From contig NC_043007.1 of assembly GCF_006345805.1 (NCBI RefSeq), forward strand, positions 11,656,001 through 11,720,000: a stretch of 64,000 nt of DNA, in the 5' to 3' direction. This document shows, piece by piece, positions 37,413 through 49,590 of the stretch (the first letter of the stretch is position 1; each line of letters opens with the position of its first letter). This DNA is from Octopus sinensis (taxonomy: Eukaryota). The translations under genes and the position numbers were made by a program. The notes under the pieces are model-generated. The model did not search any database. It saw nothing but the letters and a program-made list of their open reading frames with translations, and was not told the DNA's origin.

Positions 37413-37429
37413 TCCTTCAAACAATGAAC

Positions 37430-37565
37430 AGTGACCAATAGAATAAGTACTAAGCTTACAAAGAATAAGTCTTGAGATCAATTTGTTCGACTAAAACCCT
37501 TTAAGATGGTGTTCCATCATGGGCCACAGCCAAATGACTGAAGCATGTAAAGGAATAAAAGACAC
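37430..37565 (+). mobile_element. SINE family B, 3' fragment
   Basis: GAATAAGTACT..CTTACAAAGAATAAGTC..CAAATGACTGAAGC. Confidence 0.75.
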
Positions 37566-37607
37566 GAAAAAAAAAATATATATATATGTGTGTATATGTA
37601 TACATAC

Positions 37608-37641
<34 letters not shown>

Positions 37642-37741
37642 NNNNNNNNNNNNNNNNNNNNNNNNNNNNNNNNNNNNNNNNNNNNNNNNNNNNNNNNNNN
37701 NNNNNNNNNNNNNNNNNNNNNNNNNNNNNNNNNNNNNNNNN
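37642..37741. other. Assembly gap (100 N)
   Basis: Exactly 100 N between a (TA)n and a (CAC/CAT)n tract. Confidence 1.
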
Positions 37742-38030
37742 CACCACTACCATCATTGCCATCATCACCACCACTACCATCATTGCCATCATCACCACCA
37801 CTACCATCATTGCCATCATCACCACCACCATCACTGCCATCACCACCACCACCACTGCCACCACCATCACTGCCACCACCAACACCACCACCACCACCAT
37901 CACTGCCATCATCACCACCACCATCACTGCCATCACCACCACCACCACTGCCACCACCATCACTGCCACCACCAACACCACCACCACCACCACCATCACT
38001 GCCACCACCACCACCACTGCCACCACTACC
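37742..38030. repeat. (CAC)/(CAT)/(TGC) compound trinucleotide repeat
   Basis: Directly visible. Confidence 0.97.
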
Positions 38031-38818
38031 AATTGATTGAATTTAGGCTTCCAGTGAAATTCTTTCACTTGCTCTAAAAATTGGGGTTTTTTTTTGTCTC
38101 ACCATCTTTGTCATAAAATTCTTCCTACACTGGTTTTGTTTTTTCTCCGAATTCTATCAACTTACCTCTTACATGGGTCACTAGAATTTCAGGGTTTTTG
38201 TCTGGCACTGACTTATTTTCCTTATTTCATTTCATTTCATTTTATTTTATTTTATTTCATTTTATTTTTAATTTTGTTATTCTTTCTTTTTTTTTATTTT
38301 TCGTTTATTACATTATTTATTTTATTTGAAATTAATGTATTGAGCCACAAATCACTGTATACGAAATCTGACATGTTTGATGTTCTGGTTCAGTTGATAA
38401 ATGTTCAGTTTTTAGAATCTTGTGACAGACAAATACTTAGTTTTTGCTACTAACTCTCTTAAACTATTCAATTAGAGACAAATTTGTCAGGGCAGGCAGG
38501 CAGGCAGGTGAGATGGTTGGTGGAGAGGGGTGGGAAGGAGGGCGATGGTGTTGCTTTCTGTTACGACCACACACAACAATGATAATATAAAAATGTAAAT
38601 AGTGTTTCAAAATGAATTTGTTTTGCGGAACATCCACTAAATTTTCTTCAAGTGTCGAAACATGAACGCAAAGAAAGCAAAATTAGATAAACGACAGCAG
38701 CAACAATAACAACAACAACAACAATATTAATAATAATGATAATAATAATAATGATAATAATGATAATAATAATAATGATCATGATGATGATAATAATAAT
38801 GATAATAATAATGATAAT

Positions 38819-39302
38819 AAATGCCCTGATGCCGTACCAGGCAGTGGGCTCTCATGGCTGCTGATCTTAACTGATTCGAAGTGTTATCATGTACATTGTT
38901 TTGTCTTTGAGCATGTCCCTTAGTGGCTGACAATATGTGCATCTTTGATCATGAGCAGAAGTAGTCGGGGAGCATTATAGCCATGTGTTGAGAGGAATTC
39001 TTAGAGGTTTGGATAATTCACATCTGGAAACATGGGTGGTTCGTTCAACATCCTTAAACAATCCTTATTGAGGGACCTTTTGAGTAGGATGGGCTACTCG
39101 ACCAGGAGAAAATTCTAACTGGCCCCCACCTGCAAGGTCATGCGCTGTTTATCTTGATATGAGATCACTATGTCATGTACATATGGTTGTGATGCATGTG
39201 CCTAGTGTACCCTTATCAGACAGGTAGTCATGATGGGTATACAGGGCTCTGTATATTTTACCCCAGTGTCACTTTGATGGCATGCTCTGCTCTCTCACTC
39301 AA
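38819..39302 (-). mobile_element. Family G element
   Basis: Reverse complement of 26952-27490 with different internal deletions; (TAA)n flanks. Confidence 0.8.
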
Positions 39303-39320
39303 TAATAATAATAATAATAA

Positions 39321-39544
39321 CTCTTTCTTTTAGGGTCACAAGGGCTGAAATTTTGTTGGGTGGGAGTGGTCTAGTTAATTATGCTGGATTCCAATTTTGG
39401 CACAAGGCTAGCAATTTCAAGGGGCTGGGGTAAGTTGATTACTCAACTGGTATTTATTTTGTTGGCCCTGGAAAGGAAGAAAAGTAAAGTCGATTGACCT
39501 CAGTAGAATTTGAACTCAGAATTTAAGGACAGACGAAATACCAC
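39321..39544 (-). mobile_element. SINE family A' fragments
   Basis: TTGAACTCAGAA B-box complement and A' tail. Confidence 0.7.
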
Positions 39545-39751
39545 TAGGCGTAGGAGTGGCTGTGTGGTAAGCATAGGCGTAGTAGTGACTGTGTGGTAAG
39601 TAGCTTGCTTGCCAACCACATGGTTCTGGGTTCAGTCCCACTGCATGGCACCTTGGGCAAGTGTCTTCTACTATAGCCTCGGGCCGACCAAAGCCTTGTG
39701 AGTGGATTTGGTAGACGGAAACTGAAAGAAGCCCTTCGTACATATGTATAT

Positions 39752-39782
<31 letters not shown>

Positions 39783-39942
39783 GTGTGGATATGTTTGTGT
39801 GCCTGTGTTTGTCCCCTCCACCATTGCTTGACAACATTGCTGGTGTGTTTACATCCCTGTAACTTACAAAGAATAAGTCCTGGGGTTAAAGGAGGTGCTC
39901 CAGTATGGCCACAGTCAAATGACTGACACAAGTAAAAGAGTA
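39545..39942 (+). mobile_element. SINE family B with a tandemly duplicated 5' end
   Basis: TAGGCGTAG(G/T)AGTG(G/A)CTGTGTGGTAAG occurs twice. Confidence 0.88.
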
Positions 39943-39961
39943 CCCTTACCCTTGTAATTGT

Positions 39962-40048
39962 AGTCTGACATCACAACTCATTTCTACAGCTGAGTGAACT
40001 GGAGCAATGTGAAATAAAGTGTCTTGCTCAAGAACATACGACACAGCC
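39962..40048 (-). mobile_element. SINE family D core fragment
   Basis: CAGCTGAGTGAACTGGAGCAA..GTGTCTTGCTCAAGAACA. Confidence 0.75.
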
Positions 40049-40657
40049 ATGAGCCATATGTGTGTGTGTGTGTGTTTGTGTCTGTGTTTGTTACATCCCC
40101 ACCGCCACTGTTTGTCAACCAGTGTTGGCATATTTACATTCCTGTAATTTAGCGGTTCAACAGAAAAGAACGATAAAATTAGTTAGTACCAGGCTTAAAA
40201 GAAACACATACTGAGGTTGATGCGTTCAACTAAAATTCTTCAAAGCAGTTTCTGCAACATGGCTACAGTCTAAACAACCGAAACAAGTAAACATATATAA
40301 CAAGTAAAAATATATAAGACAAATGATTGACACTCGGAAGGACCTCTCACCATAAAAGCTCGGCTCCAATGACATATGCTTTGTTGCTAGACAAAATATT
40401 TGTGCATTTAACAGGTTAAAACTATAGCTCACCAGTGTTTTTACTGCAAGTATAATGACTCAACGTAGGTGTGTCATACTTAAAGCTTTTACATAACGCT
40501 ACTTCTCAGAAGCAGCTGGTTTTTTTTTAACTTATTACTTATTATTTATTAAGAAATTTATCTCATTGAAAGCAATGCATTCCTGACTATCTGTAGCCTC
40601 GAAAATTGCTATCTTGAATTTATATTTAATTCTATTTCTTTTGATTAAAAGGTAATT

Positions 40658-40969
40658 ATAAATATATATATATATGTATATGTATATATGTATATGTGTA
40701 TATGTATATATGTATATGTATATATGTATATGTATATATATACATGTATATATGTATATATATATATATGTATATATGTATATATGTATATGTATATATG
40801 TATATATATATATGTATATATATATGTATGTATATATGTATATGTGTATATGTATATATGTGCATATGTATATATATATATGTATATATATATGTATATA
40901 TGTATACTATATATATGTATATATGTATATTATATATATATATGTATGTATATATATGATGTATATATG

Positions 40970-41000
<31 letters not shown>

Positions 41001-41016
41001 TATGTATGTATATATG

Positions 41017-41063
<47 letters not shown>

Positions 41064-41272
41064 GTATATATATATATGTATATATGTATATGTATGTATA
41101 TATGTATATATGTATGTATATATTATATATGTATGTATATATATATATGTATATATATGTATGTATGTATATGTATATGTATATATATTTATATATATGT
41201 GTATATATATATATATGTATATATGTATATTATATATATGTATTATATATATATGTATATATATTATATATG

Positions 41273-41305
<33 letters not shown>

Positions 41306-41393
41306 GTATATATTATATGTATATATATATATATGTATATATATATATGTATATATATATAGTATATATATATATATATATATATGTATAATA

Positions 41394-41424
<31 letters not shown>
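40658..41424. repeat. Long (TA)/(TATG) microsatellite
   Basis: Directly visible. Confidence 0.98.
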
Positions 41425-42563
41425 TTGAAAAAAAAAATCATTAAAACTGGTTAACTGCATTTCTATTCCATTGGGATGCTAGCTTAAAGAAAAAATAAAT
41501 AGCGATTGTTAAAATGATGAAAATGGCAGCAGCGATGGTAGTGATGATGATAGAATGATGGGTTGATTCGGTCTTTTGTTTGAAATAATAATTTCTCCTT
41601 CAGTGTATGCAATGCTATACTGAAAAACTTATTGATTACTGCAGAAAAGGCCATCCTACTTCTGAAAGATCTGTCTCATTAGAGTAATCACCTAATGAGG
41701 ATGATGATGATGATTAATGATGGAAGCTAGGCTATTATGTTGTTGAGTAGTATTTTGTTCTCATTCCTTCTATCTTCGCCAAAATCTCTGTTTAATTATA
41801 ACTTGTTGCTTTCCGTCTAATGACATATGAACAAAACAAAAATTAGCTTCATTTTTATTTTCTTATTACCTAATTTAACAAAAAAAAAAAAAAAAAATAT
41901 TGTTGATATACTTGAAAATATTTTCTATTAATCAAGTGGATTTAGTGGTCAAAACTGACTGAAGAAATTAATTGTTCTAGAAATTTATTTTATTTTATAT
42001 GTTAACTCTTATTTTACTGTTGTTTCTTCTTTTTCTTTTTTTTTTTTTTCTTTTTAATGGTGAACTCCAAGATTTTATGTTTTCGTTTCTGAAATGCCAA
42101 AACAGTGTTTTTGAAAGAAATTGAAAATTGTGCCAAATTAACTAGGTAATACATGCTAATAGATTGGAATGATTGCCTGTAAATAGGTGATATTTACTTT
42201 TAATATCAACATAGTTGAATAGCAGCTCCATCACTTCTAAAAGTATTTTAGAAATGAAAAGAATGGTATGAAAGAGAAAGAGAAAAAAATACCATTTATC
42301 CGAAAAAATTGTTCAACTTCTGTAAAAGTCGTATTGTAAACAATGAAATAAAATGGTATTATAGTGTGGAAAAGAATGTATGTATTGATTATATTTCATA
42401 TAATGTAGTTCTAGAAAAATGGCAGTTGGTATAGTTATTTCAAGGGTAGAAAAATAATGTTCTTGTACTTAATATAAAAATGAAGGCAGTGAATTGAGAG
42501 AAAGGGTGGAGTATCAAATTAAATGCCGTGTAGTATTATTTAGTGTTGTGGGTGCTGGTGTAC

Positions 42564-42980
42564 GGCGGCGAGCTGGCAGAAATGTTAGCGCGCCGGGCGA
42601 AATGCTTAGCGGTATTTCGTCTGCCGCTACATTCTGAGTTCAAATTCCGCCAAAGTCAACTTTGTCTTTCATCCTTTCAGGGTCGATTAAATAAGTACCA
42701 GTTACGCACTGGGGTCGATATAATCGACTTAAACCGTTTGTCTGTCCTTGTTTGTCCCCTCTGTATTTAGCTCCTTGTGTTTAGTAAAGAAATAGGTATT
42801 TCGTCTGCTGCTACGTTCTGAGTTCAAATTCCGCCGAGGTTAACTTTGCTTTTCATCCTTTCGGGGTCGATTAAATAAGTATCAGTTGCGCACTGGGGTC
42901 GATATAATTGACTTAATCCATTTGTCTGTCCTTCTTTGTCCCCTCTGTCTGTAGCTCCTTGTAGGCAATAAAGAAATAGG
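42564..42980 (+). mobile_element. SINE family A head-to-tail dimer (full copy plus 5'-truncated copy, junction ~42795)
   Basis: Tail GAAATAGGTATT runs into internal GGTATTTCGTCTG. Confidence 0.9.
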
Positions 42981-43408
42981 TTAAGAAGCTTGCTTCCTAA
43001 CCACATGGCTTTAGGTTCAGTCCCACTGTGTGGTACCTTATACATGTGTCTTCTATAATACCCTTGGGCTGACTAAAACCCTGTGAGTGGATTTGATACA
43101 CAGAAACTGTAAGAAGCCTGTTGTGTGCAGAGATGATTGTACAGTAAGGAACTTGCTTCACAGTCACATGGTTCTAGGTTCAGTTCCACTGCATGGCACC
43201 TGGACGAGCATTTTCTGCAATAGCCCTGGACTTACTAAAACCTTGTGTGTGAATCTGGTAGATGGAAACTGAAAGAAGCCTATTGTATATATATGTATTT
43301 ATATCTACATGTGTGTATTTTTGTGTCTGTGTTTGTCCCCCACTACTACTTGACAACTAGTGTTGGTGTGTTTACATCCCTGTAACTTAGCAGTTTGGCA
43401 AAAGAGCC
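42979..43408 (+). mobile_element. Two SINE family B copies (42979-43120 and 43135-43408; the second resumes at 43613-43690)
   Basis: Two B heads; GGCAAAAGAGCC|..|GATAGAATA split by the E pair. Confidence 0.8.
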
Positions 43409-43412
43409 TCGT

Positions 43413-43612
43413 CATTCATCATCATCATCATCATTTAACATCCGCTTTCCATGCTAGCATGGGTTGAATGATTTGACTGAGGTCTGGCAAACCAGATGGC
43501 TGCACCAGGCTCCAATCTGATCTGGCAGAGTTTCTACAGCTGGATCAAATTGGAGTCTGGTGCTGCCATCTGGTTTGCCAGGCCTCAGTCAAATCGTCCA
43601 ACCCATGCTAGC
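43413..43612. mobile_element. Family E tail with an inverted copy (head-to-head pair)
   Basis: 69-bp arms 43453-43521 and 43544-43612, 22-bp spacer. Confidence 0.85.
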
Positions 43613-43697
43613 TGATAGAATAAAAAAAAATAACAAATACTGGGGTTAATTCTCAACGACAGTGCCCCAACATGGCACAGTCTAATGAGATAAAAGA

Positions 43698-43957
43698 TGT
43701 GTATGTGTGTGCATGTTGTGTCCCCTTGTCTTGGTACCATGAGAAAATTGTAAATGAGTGTCACTGTTATATAAGCAGTGTGGTTCATTTCCGCTATTCT
43801 GTAAGAAGATGTCTGACCATGGAGAGATATTACTTTGCTAGGAATCAGGAGAGGTTGGGTGACAGGAAGGGCCTTTGGCCATAGAAAATTTATTGCAATA
43901 AACCCCAACCAACCCATACTAGCATGGAAGAGTGAACATTAAAACAGTGACAATGAT
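43698..43957 (+). mobile_element. Family I element
   Basis: Matches 37025-37272. Confidence 0.75.
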
Positions 43958-44051
43958 ACTTTGATATGCAGAGTTCAAAAGCACCCACAAATTTTGGTTT
44001 TTCTGCAAAGTCACAATAAGAGAAGCAAATTAACTAGTTAAGAAAATCTCT

Positions 44052-44390
44052 AAAAGAGATTTGGGACCCCCTTCGGTCACTACACTGACCATGGGATTGC
44101 ACCTAGAAAATTACCCTCCTAGTCACAAGTCTGGGCAAGGTTGTTTTATGGAAGACCAGCAGTCGCCCATGCATACCAGCCTCCCCTCTCCATGCCACCG
44201 GTGTTATCCAAGGGAAAGGCAGCAGCCGATACAGCTTGGCACCCATGACGTCGCAATTCATTTCTACAGCTGAGTGAACTGGAGCAACGTTAAATAAAGT
44301 GTCTTGCTCAAGAACACAACACGCAGCCTGGTCCGGGATTCGAGCTCACAACCTCACGATTGTAAGCTCGACGCTCTAACCACTGAGCCA
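44052..44390 (-). mobile_element. SINE family D, tail T5, full length
   Basis: TGGCTCAGTGGTTAGAGCG head, B-box GAGCTCGAATCCC, core and tail. Confidence 0.9.
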
Positions 44391-45228
44391 GTATTATACT
44401 AAGAAGTAACGTTTATCGCCACTTAAACTTGGTTGTTCTGACATTACTGCTATTTTAACCACAGGAGAATGCCTCCTCCAAGTGGTTATTCAATGCATCT
44501 GCACTCAAAATTAAAAGTTAAGATAATGTAATTTTTTGTCTTTGTCAAATGTACTTAATGAAATTTTATGAGTTGGAAATGTTAAAGTAGTTATTACTGA
44601 CATTATTAATTAGATTATTTTTATTACTTCATATATGGGAAATATAGATTTCTTAGATGCAGGCATGGCTGTGCAGCTAAGAAATTTGTTTTCCAATCAC
44701 ATGGCTTTGTGTTCAGTTCCCAATAAGAACTGACTTGGATTATAGCAACCCATCTAAACATGGAAAATAGATCTATAATGATGTTTATAGGCTAACTCTG
44801 GAGATAAATTGGTCTGTATTGTTTCAATGTAATAATTATTGAATTAAGACTTTGCCTGCCCAACCCATTTTGTACTATATTTTCTTTTGCACCAATTGAC
44901 TAATTTTGATATAAATTATGTATTTTTCAACTTTTTTTAACCTTATGTATGTTCTGGTTCTCTGTAATAAGCTGCTGCTTGGGCATTATTGGTGACTCCC
45001 ACAGTATTCAGTACAGAACGAATGTTATATTTATTCCATTCTGCTGGAGTGTTCAGTGATACACACATTAGGTAATGTGTTAATAAGTGATTGAATAACT
45101 CGTTAAAGTGAATGAATCATCTGCAAATGTTTTCAGCTATATAAGGCTAGCAGGAGATGTTGGTTAACTAACTACATTTTGAGAGAGAGTGTGGGGGGAG
45201 GGAGAGGGGAGAGAGTGGTGGTGGTGGT

Positions 45229-45447
45229 GCTGGCAGGAACGTTAACACGTCGGGTGAAATGCTTAGCGGTATTTCGTCTGCCACTACATTCTGAGTTCAA
45301 ATTCCGCCGAGGTCGACTTTGCCTTTCATCCTTTCGGGGTCGATTAAATAAGTACCAGTTATGCACTGGGGTCGATATGATTGACTTAATCCGTTTGTAT
45401 GTCCTCTCTCTGAGTTTAGCCCCTTGTGGGTAGTAAAGAAATAGGTA
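45229..45447 (+). mobile_element. SINE family A
   Basis: Near-consensus copy. Confidence 0.9.
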
Positions 45448-45718
45448 TTGGCAGCGGCAGTGGTGGTGGTGGTGGTGGTGGTGGTGGTGGTGGAGGAGGA
45501 AGAGGAGGAGGTGAAACATTGCTTGCTATGAAAGTCAACTTGCAATACAAATGAAGGGTTTGTTTCTTGAGGTGATTCTCCGTCAAGAAAATCAAAAAAC
45601 GATGTTGATATTGACACACCTTTGTTGTTTGTTTGGTATTTAGTAAATAAACAAACATTTAATCTAGAACCAGTATTTCTTATAGAGATAAAGGTTGCCA
45701 GGCTTGAAAAAGAGCAGA

Positions 45719-45930
45719 CATCATCATCATCATCATCATTCAACATCTGTTTTCCATGATGGCATGGGTTGTATGACTTGACAGGAGTGGGGTAAGGACA
45801 GGGGCCATACCCGGTTCCATAGTTGTTTTGGCTCCATTTCTACAGCTGGATGCCCTTCCTAGTGCTAACCCACTTTACAGAGTGTACTGAGTATTTTTAT
45901 ATGGTACCAGCACCAGTGCTTTTTACATGC
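45719..45930 (-). mobile_element. Family E retroposon, decayed
   Basis: (CAT)n, TTTCTACAGCTGGATGCCCTTCCTAG, one internal unit. Confidence 0.8.
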
Positions 45931-46370
45931 AAATTGCTCTAATTAATTAGCAAAAAAAAAAAGAGCTACTTTTAAACTTTTTTAACTGAAATTGAACTTT
46001 TTGAACTGATTTGATGAGTTTACTCCCATTTGTCAATAGTGATAAAATTTCTCCATGATTAAATACAGTGATTTTATGATAAAATACAGTGAATGGTTTG
46101 AATATGCCTCAAATATATTTGAACTGATAACAAATTTATATTTTTTAAAACTTGTTCAACCCCATGGGGAAGATAGAAGCAGAGTTATGAGGATGCATAC
46201 AACTTTATTTTCGCATTAAGTAAGAGAAGAGGAGAATAAAAGACTTTTCTGGATACATTTTTTTATGGTAGAGAGGAATTGTTTTTTTTTTTCTGTTTGA
46301 GAACCACTGATCTCGAACTAGACATCATCATAGCATTTCTTATGCCATTAATGTTGATCAATAGGTCAGT

Positions 46371-46582
46371 GAGCTTGCAGAAGTGTTAGCGTGCTGAGCA
46401 AAATGTTTAGCAGTATTTCATTGGTCTTTACGTTCTGAGTTCAAATTCAGCTGAGGTCAACTTTGCCTTTCATCTTTTCAGGGTCAATGAAATAAGTACC
46501 AGTTAAACACTGGGGTCAGTGTAATCAAGTAGCACCCTCCCCTCAAATTTCAGGCCTTGTGCCTATATTTGAAAGGATTATT
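46371..46582 (+). mobile_element. SINE family A'
   Basis: B-box GAGTTCAAATTC and A' tail. Confidence 0.85.
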
Positions 46583-46590
46583 GTTCCCAA

Positions 46591-46930
46591 TATTTTCTAA
46601 TAAGGTGGATGTATTGTTTTCAGTCATGTTTGTTTGTTTGTCTGTGGACAAGATATCTCAAGAACCACTCGATGGATTCAGATGAAATTTTCAGGGATGT
46701 TTGGTCTTTTGACTGGCACAAACTGATTAGATTTTGGAATCAATTTGAATCCAGACGAGGATTCTTAATTATTCTTCTGTTTTTTTTTTACTTAATTTTT
46801 GAGAGCGGTCAGATTCATTTTTGGTATTCTCATTTGTGAGAGCAGTCGAGTTTATTTCAGATATTCTCATTCTAAAAATCATCTCTGGCTAATCATTGAC
46901 AGAGGTTTGTGCTCTCTGACTGCTCTAGTT
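46591..46930 (+). mobile_element. Helentron-associated (HINE/DINE-1-like) non-autonomous element
   Basis: (GTTT)n then GATATCTCAAGAACC..GATGAAATTTTCAGG; 3' end CAGAGGTTTGTGCTCTCTGACTGCTCTAGTT resembles HINE termini. Confidence 0.55.
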
Positions 46931-48383
46931 CTTTTATTGGCTTCAGCCAGCAACTGTTACTCTGTTATGGCATTACCATTAAGTACTTTTCTTTCACCTT
47001 TATAAATTTTGGATAACTGACTCTGTCATTTTGAGGTTCTTTGTTGAGAACTATATGTATCTCACAGAAGATTCACAAAGGTGTTGCATTATTTTATAAT
47101 GACATATTGTCAGTGGCATCTAACTAAACAAAATAACATTGTTATATCAAAGTAAAGAGTACAAGACTGCTTTTTAAGGAAAACAGCCAAGTTCTCTTAA
47201 GTCTTGAAATACTTTTAGTCAATATATTGAACTTCTGTGCAATGCCACATTAGTTATTGTAGTAACTGTAGAACAGTAGATTCCTATATCCTCTCTTCCT
47301 TGAATCAATGAATCTAATGAAATGAAAAATTACAGCACACATTAAATGAAAGTTATCTTATCCACATGACAGCACATTGTACCTTTTAAAACTTTAAACT
47401 CTTTGTTCTGTCCTTTTAGATTATATGCTGTTCCACCTTCCATTACTTTTCTTCTCTTTAGCCAAATCCCTCATGTTCTTGTATCTTTGATCAAACTAAC
47501 ATGCCTAGTGTGAACTTTGCATCAAAGATTCTGACTGCTACATTTTACAAATGTTAAATTCCTCTTCACTGGAAGCAAATTTACTCTGTAATTTACAAGA
47601 TTTTTTTTTGATTTTTTTCCACTATTTCAAACTTGTAGCTTTTGCTAAATCTTCTTATCAGTTAAGTGAAATCTACTCCTCAGGCGAAACTTAATAAACT
47701 TATATGTGTATCACAGCATGAGACTTTTGTTAAATTTCTTCAAGTGGACAGCCTACTTACCTAAGGGTGAGGAAGCTGCAGCCACTTCATGTCAGATTTA
47801 TTAGTTGCCTTTTGTTATGTCTTAGAGCAGATATCACATGCTAATTAGCTGAAGTAGTCAGAACTAATATGCAGCATTATTAATTACTTTTAGTGTAGTG
47901 GACAGACTCATACACAGTCTGAATCTTGTTTCACTTGATACAAATTGCATTGATGCAGATTAGCTTTGTCTTAGACATAATGACTTGATTCATATTTCTT
48001 TCTTTGTTGGTGCCAGGATATTCTATAAGATATGGTTCATGTGCTTTTTATAGGATTTGTGAAGCAGGCACTTGGTATGGTGGTGGGTGTCTGGCTGGCT
48101 GCTTTAAGAGTATCTTAGCTTGTTGAAAAGGTCATTTTAGATGAAAGTCTGTCCTAAGTTGTACAATAATTGGTGCATGACCAATCACAGATCACATAGT
48201 CTATGCTTATTGATTTATCGATATCCCATCCATTTAGATCAAATAGCACTTGTTATTAAATTGCTATTATCTTCTGCAGAACCAGGCTATTTAGAAAAGC
48301 TTGATATGTTGTTTAAAAATGTACTTTTAATCTCCTTATTTTGCTTCTTTTGTAAAGAATTCACTGCTTCTGAGTTAATAAAT

Positions 48384-48459
<76 letters not shown>

Positions 48460-48710
48460 TTAGAAAATGGTCTATGAACAGCCCATAATCTTAGCTTTAT
48501 CCAACAGAAGTTAATAACAGACATAAAGCTTTTTCACACTCGGAATGGATTTAATGATGAAAAATGGGATTATAATGTGAGGTTCCTATCGACAAATGGC
48601 TTAACATGTGATTGGTGCTAAATTATGAAAATCATCTTGTAAAACTGTTGAGAGTTGCATAAGAGGGTATAAATTATTTCTCTGTTATTACAACTGATAA
48701 AAGGTCAATG

Positions 48711-48741
<31 letters not shown>

Positions 48742-49160
48742 TGCTATTGATCTGTCTTAGTTTGGCTGTTTTCATTTGAATGACAATATACCAACCAGCC
48801 TTCCAGACAGTTTCTTTACAGTAAAATTATTGGTTTTGGATTACTGGAAGTTCTTATTAAAAAGTGTTGAAAGCATAATATGCTGAATATAATAAAAAAG
48901 TTATTTACAAAGTCGAAATGGTGATCGTGTTTGGCCACGTGTTTTCTACCATAGCCTCGGGTTGACTAAAATGGTGTCAGAAACTTTGTGGAAACCTGTC
49001 TGTGGGTACATTCCTACCCTTGGGTAATAGACTCCATCTTGGTACCCGAGATGGTGGTATGGTGGGGAGTGATAGAAGTGCAGGAGGGTGATGGAGATAT
49101 GGAAGGGTGGTGGGGTGTTATGGAGGTGTGGGACGGTGATGGAGATGTGAGAAGGTGATG

Positions 49161-49590
49161 GAGGTGGTTTAACCCAGGTGATGCTTTAATGAGGGTGGGG
49201 ACAGCACTTTTGTGTCCTGCTGTATAAGCCCTAATAGAGAGCTGTAGGGGCCTGAAGTGGGTGACAAGGAGGGTGATAGATGTGCAGGGGGATGATGGAG
49301 GTAGGATGTTGGAGGTGTGGGAGTGATGGAGGTGGTTTAGCCCAGGTGATGCTTTAATGGGGGTGGGGACAACACTTTTGTCTCCTGCTGTATAAGCCCT
49401 AATAGGGAGCTGTAGGGGCCTGAAGTGGGTGACAGGGAGGGTGATGGAGGCATGGGAGGGTGATGGATGTGCAGGGGGATGATGGAGGTAGGGTGTTAGA
49501 GGTGGTTTAGCCCAGGTGATGCTTTAATGGGGGTGGGGACAGCACTTTTGTGTCCTGCTGTTTAAGCCCTAATAAGGAGCTGTAGGGGCC
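49161..49590. repeat. G-rich tandem repeat, ~2.5 units of 168-170 bp
   Basis: GAGGTGGTTTA(A/G)CCCAGG at 49161, 49329, 49499. Confidence 0.95.
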
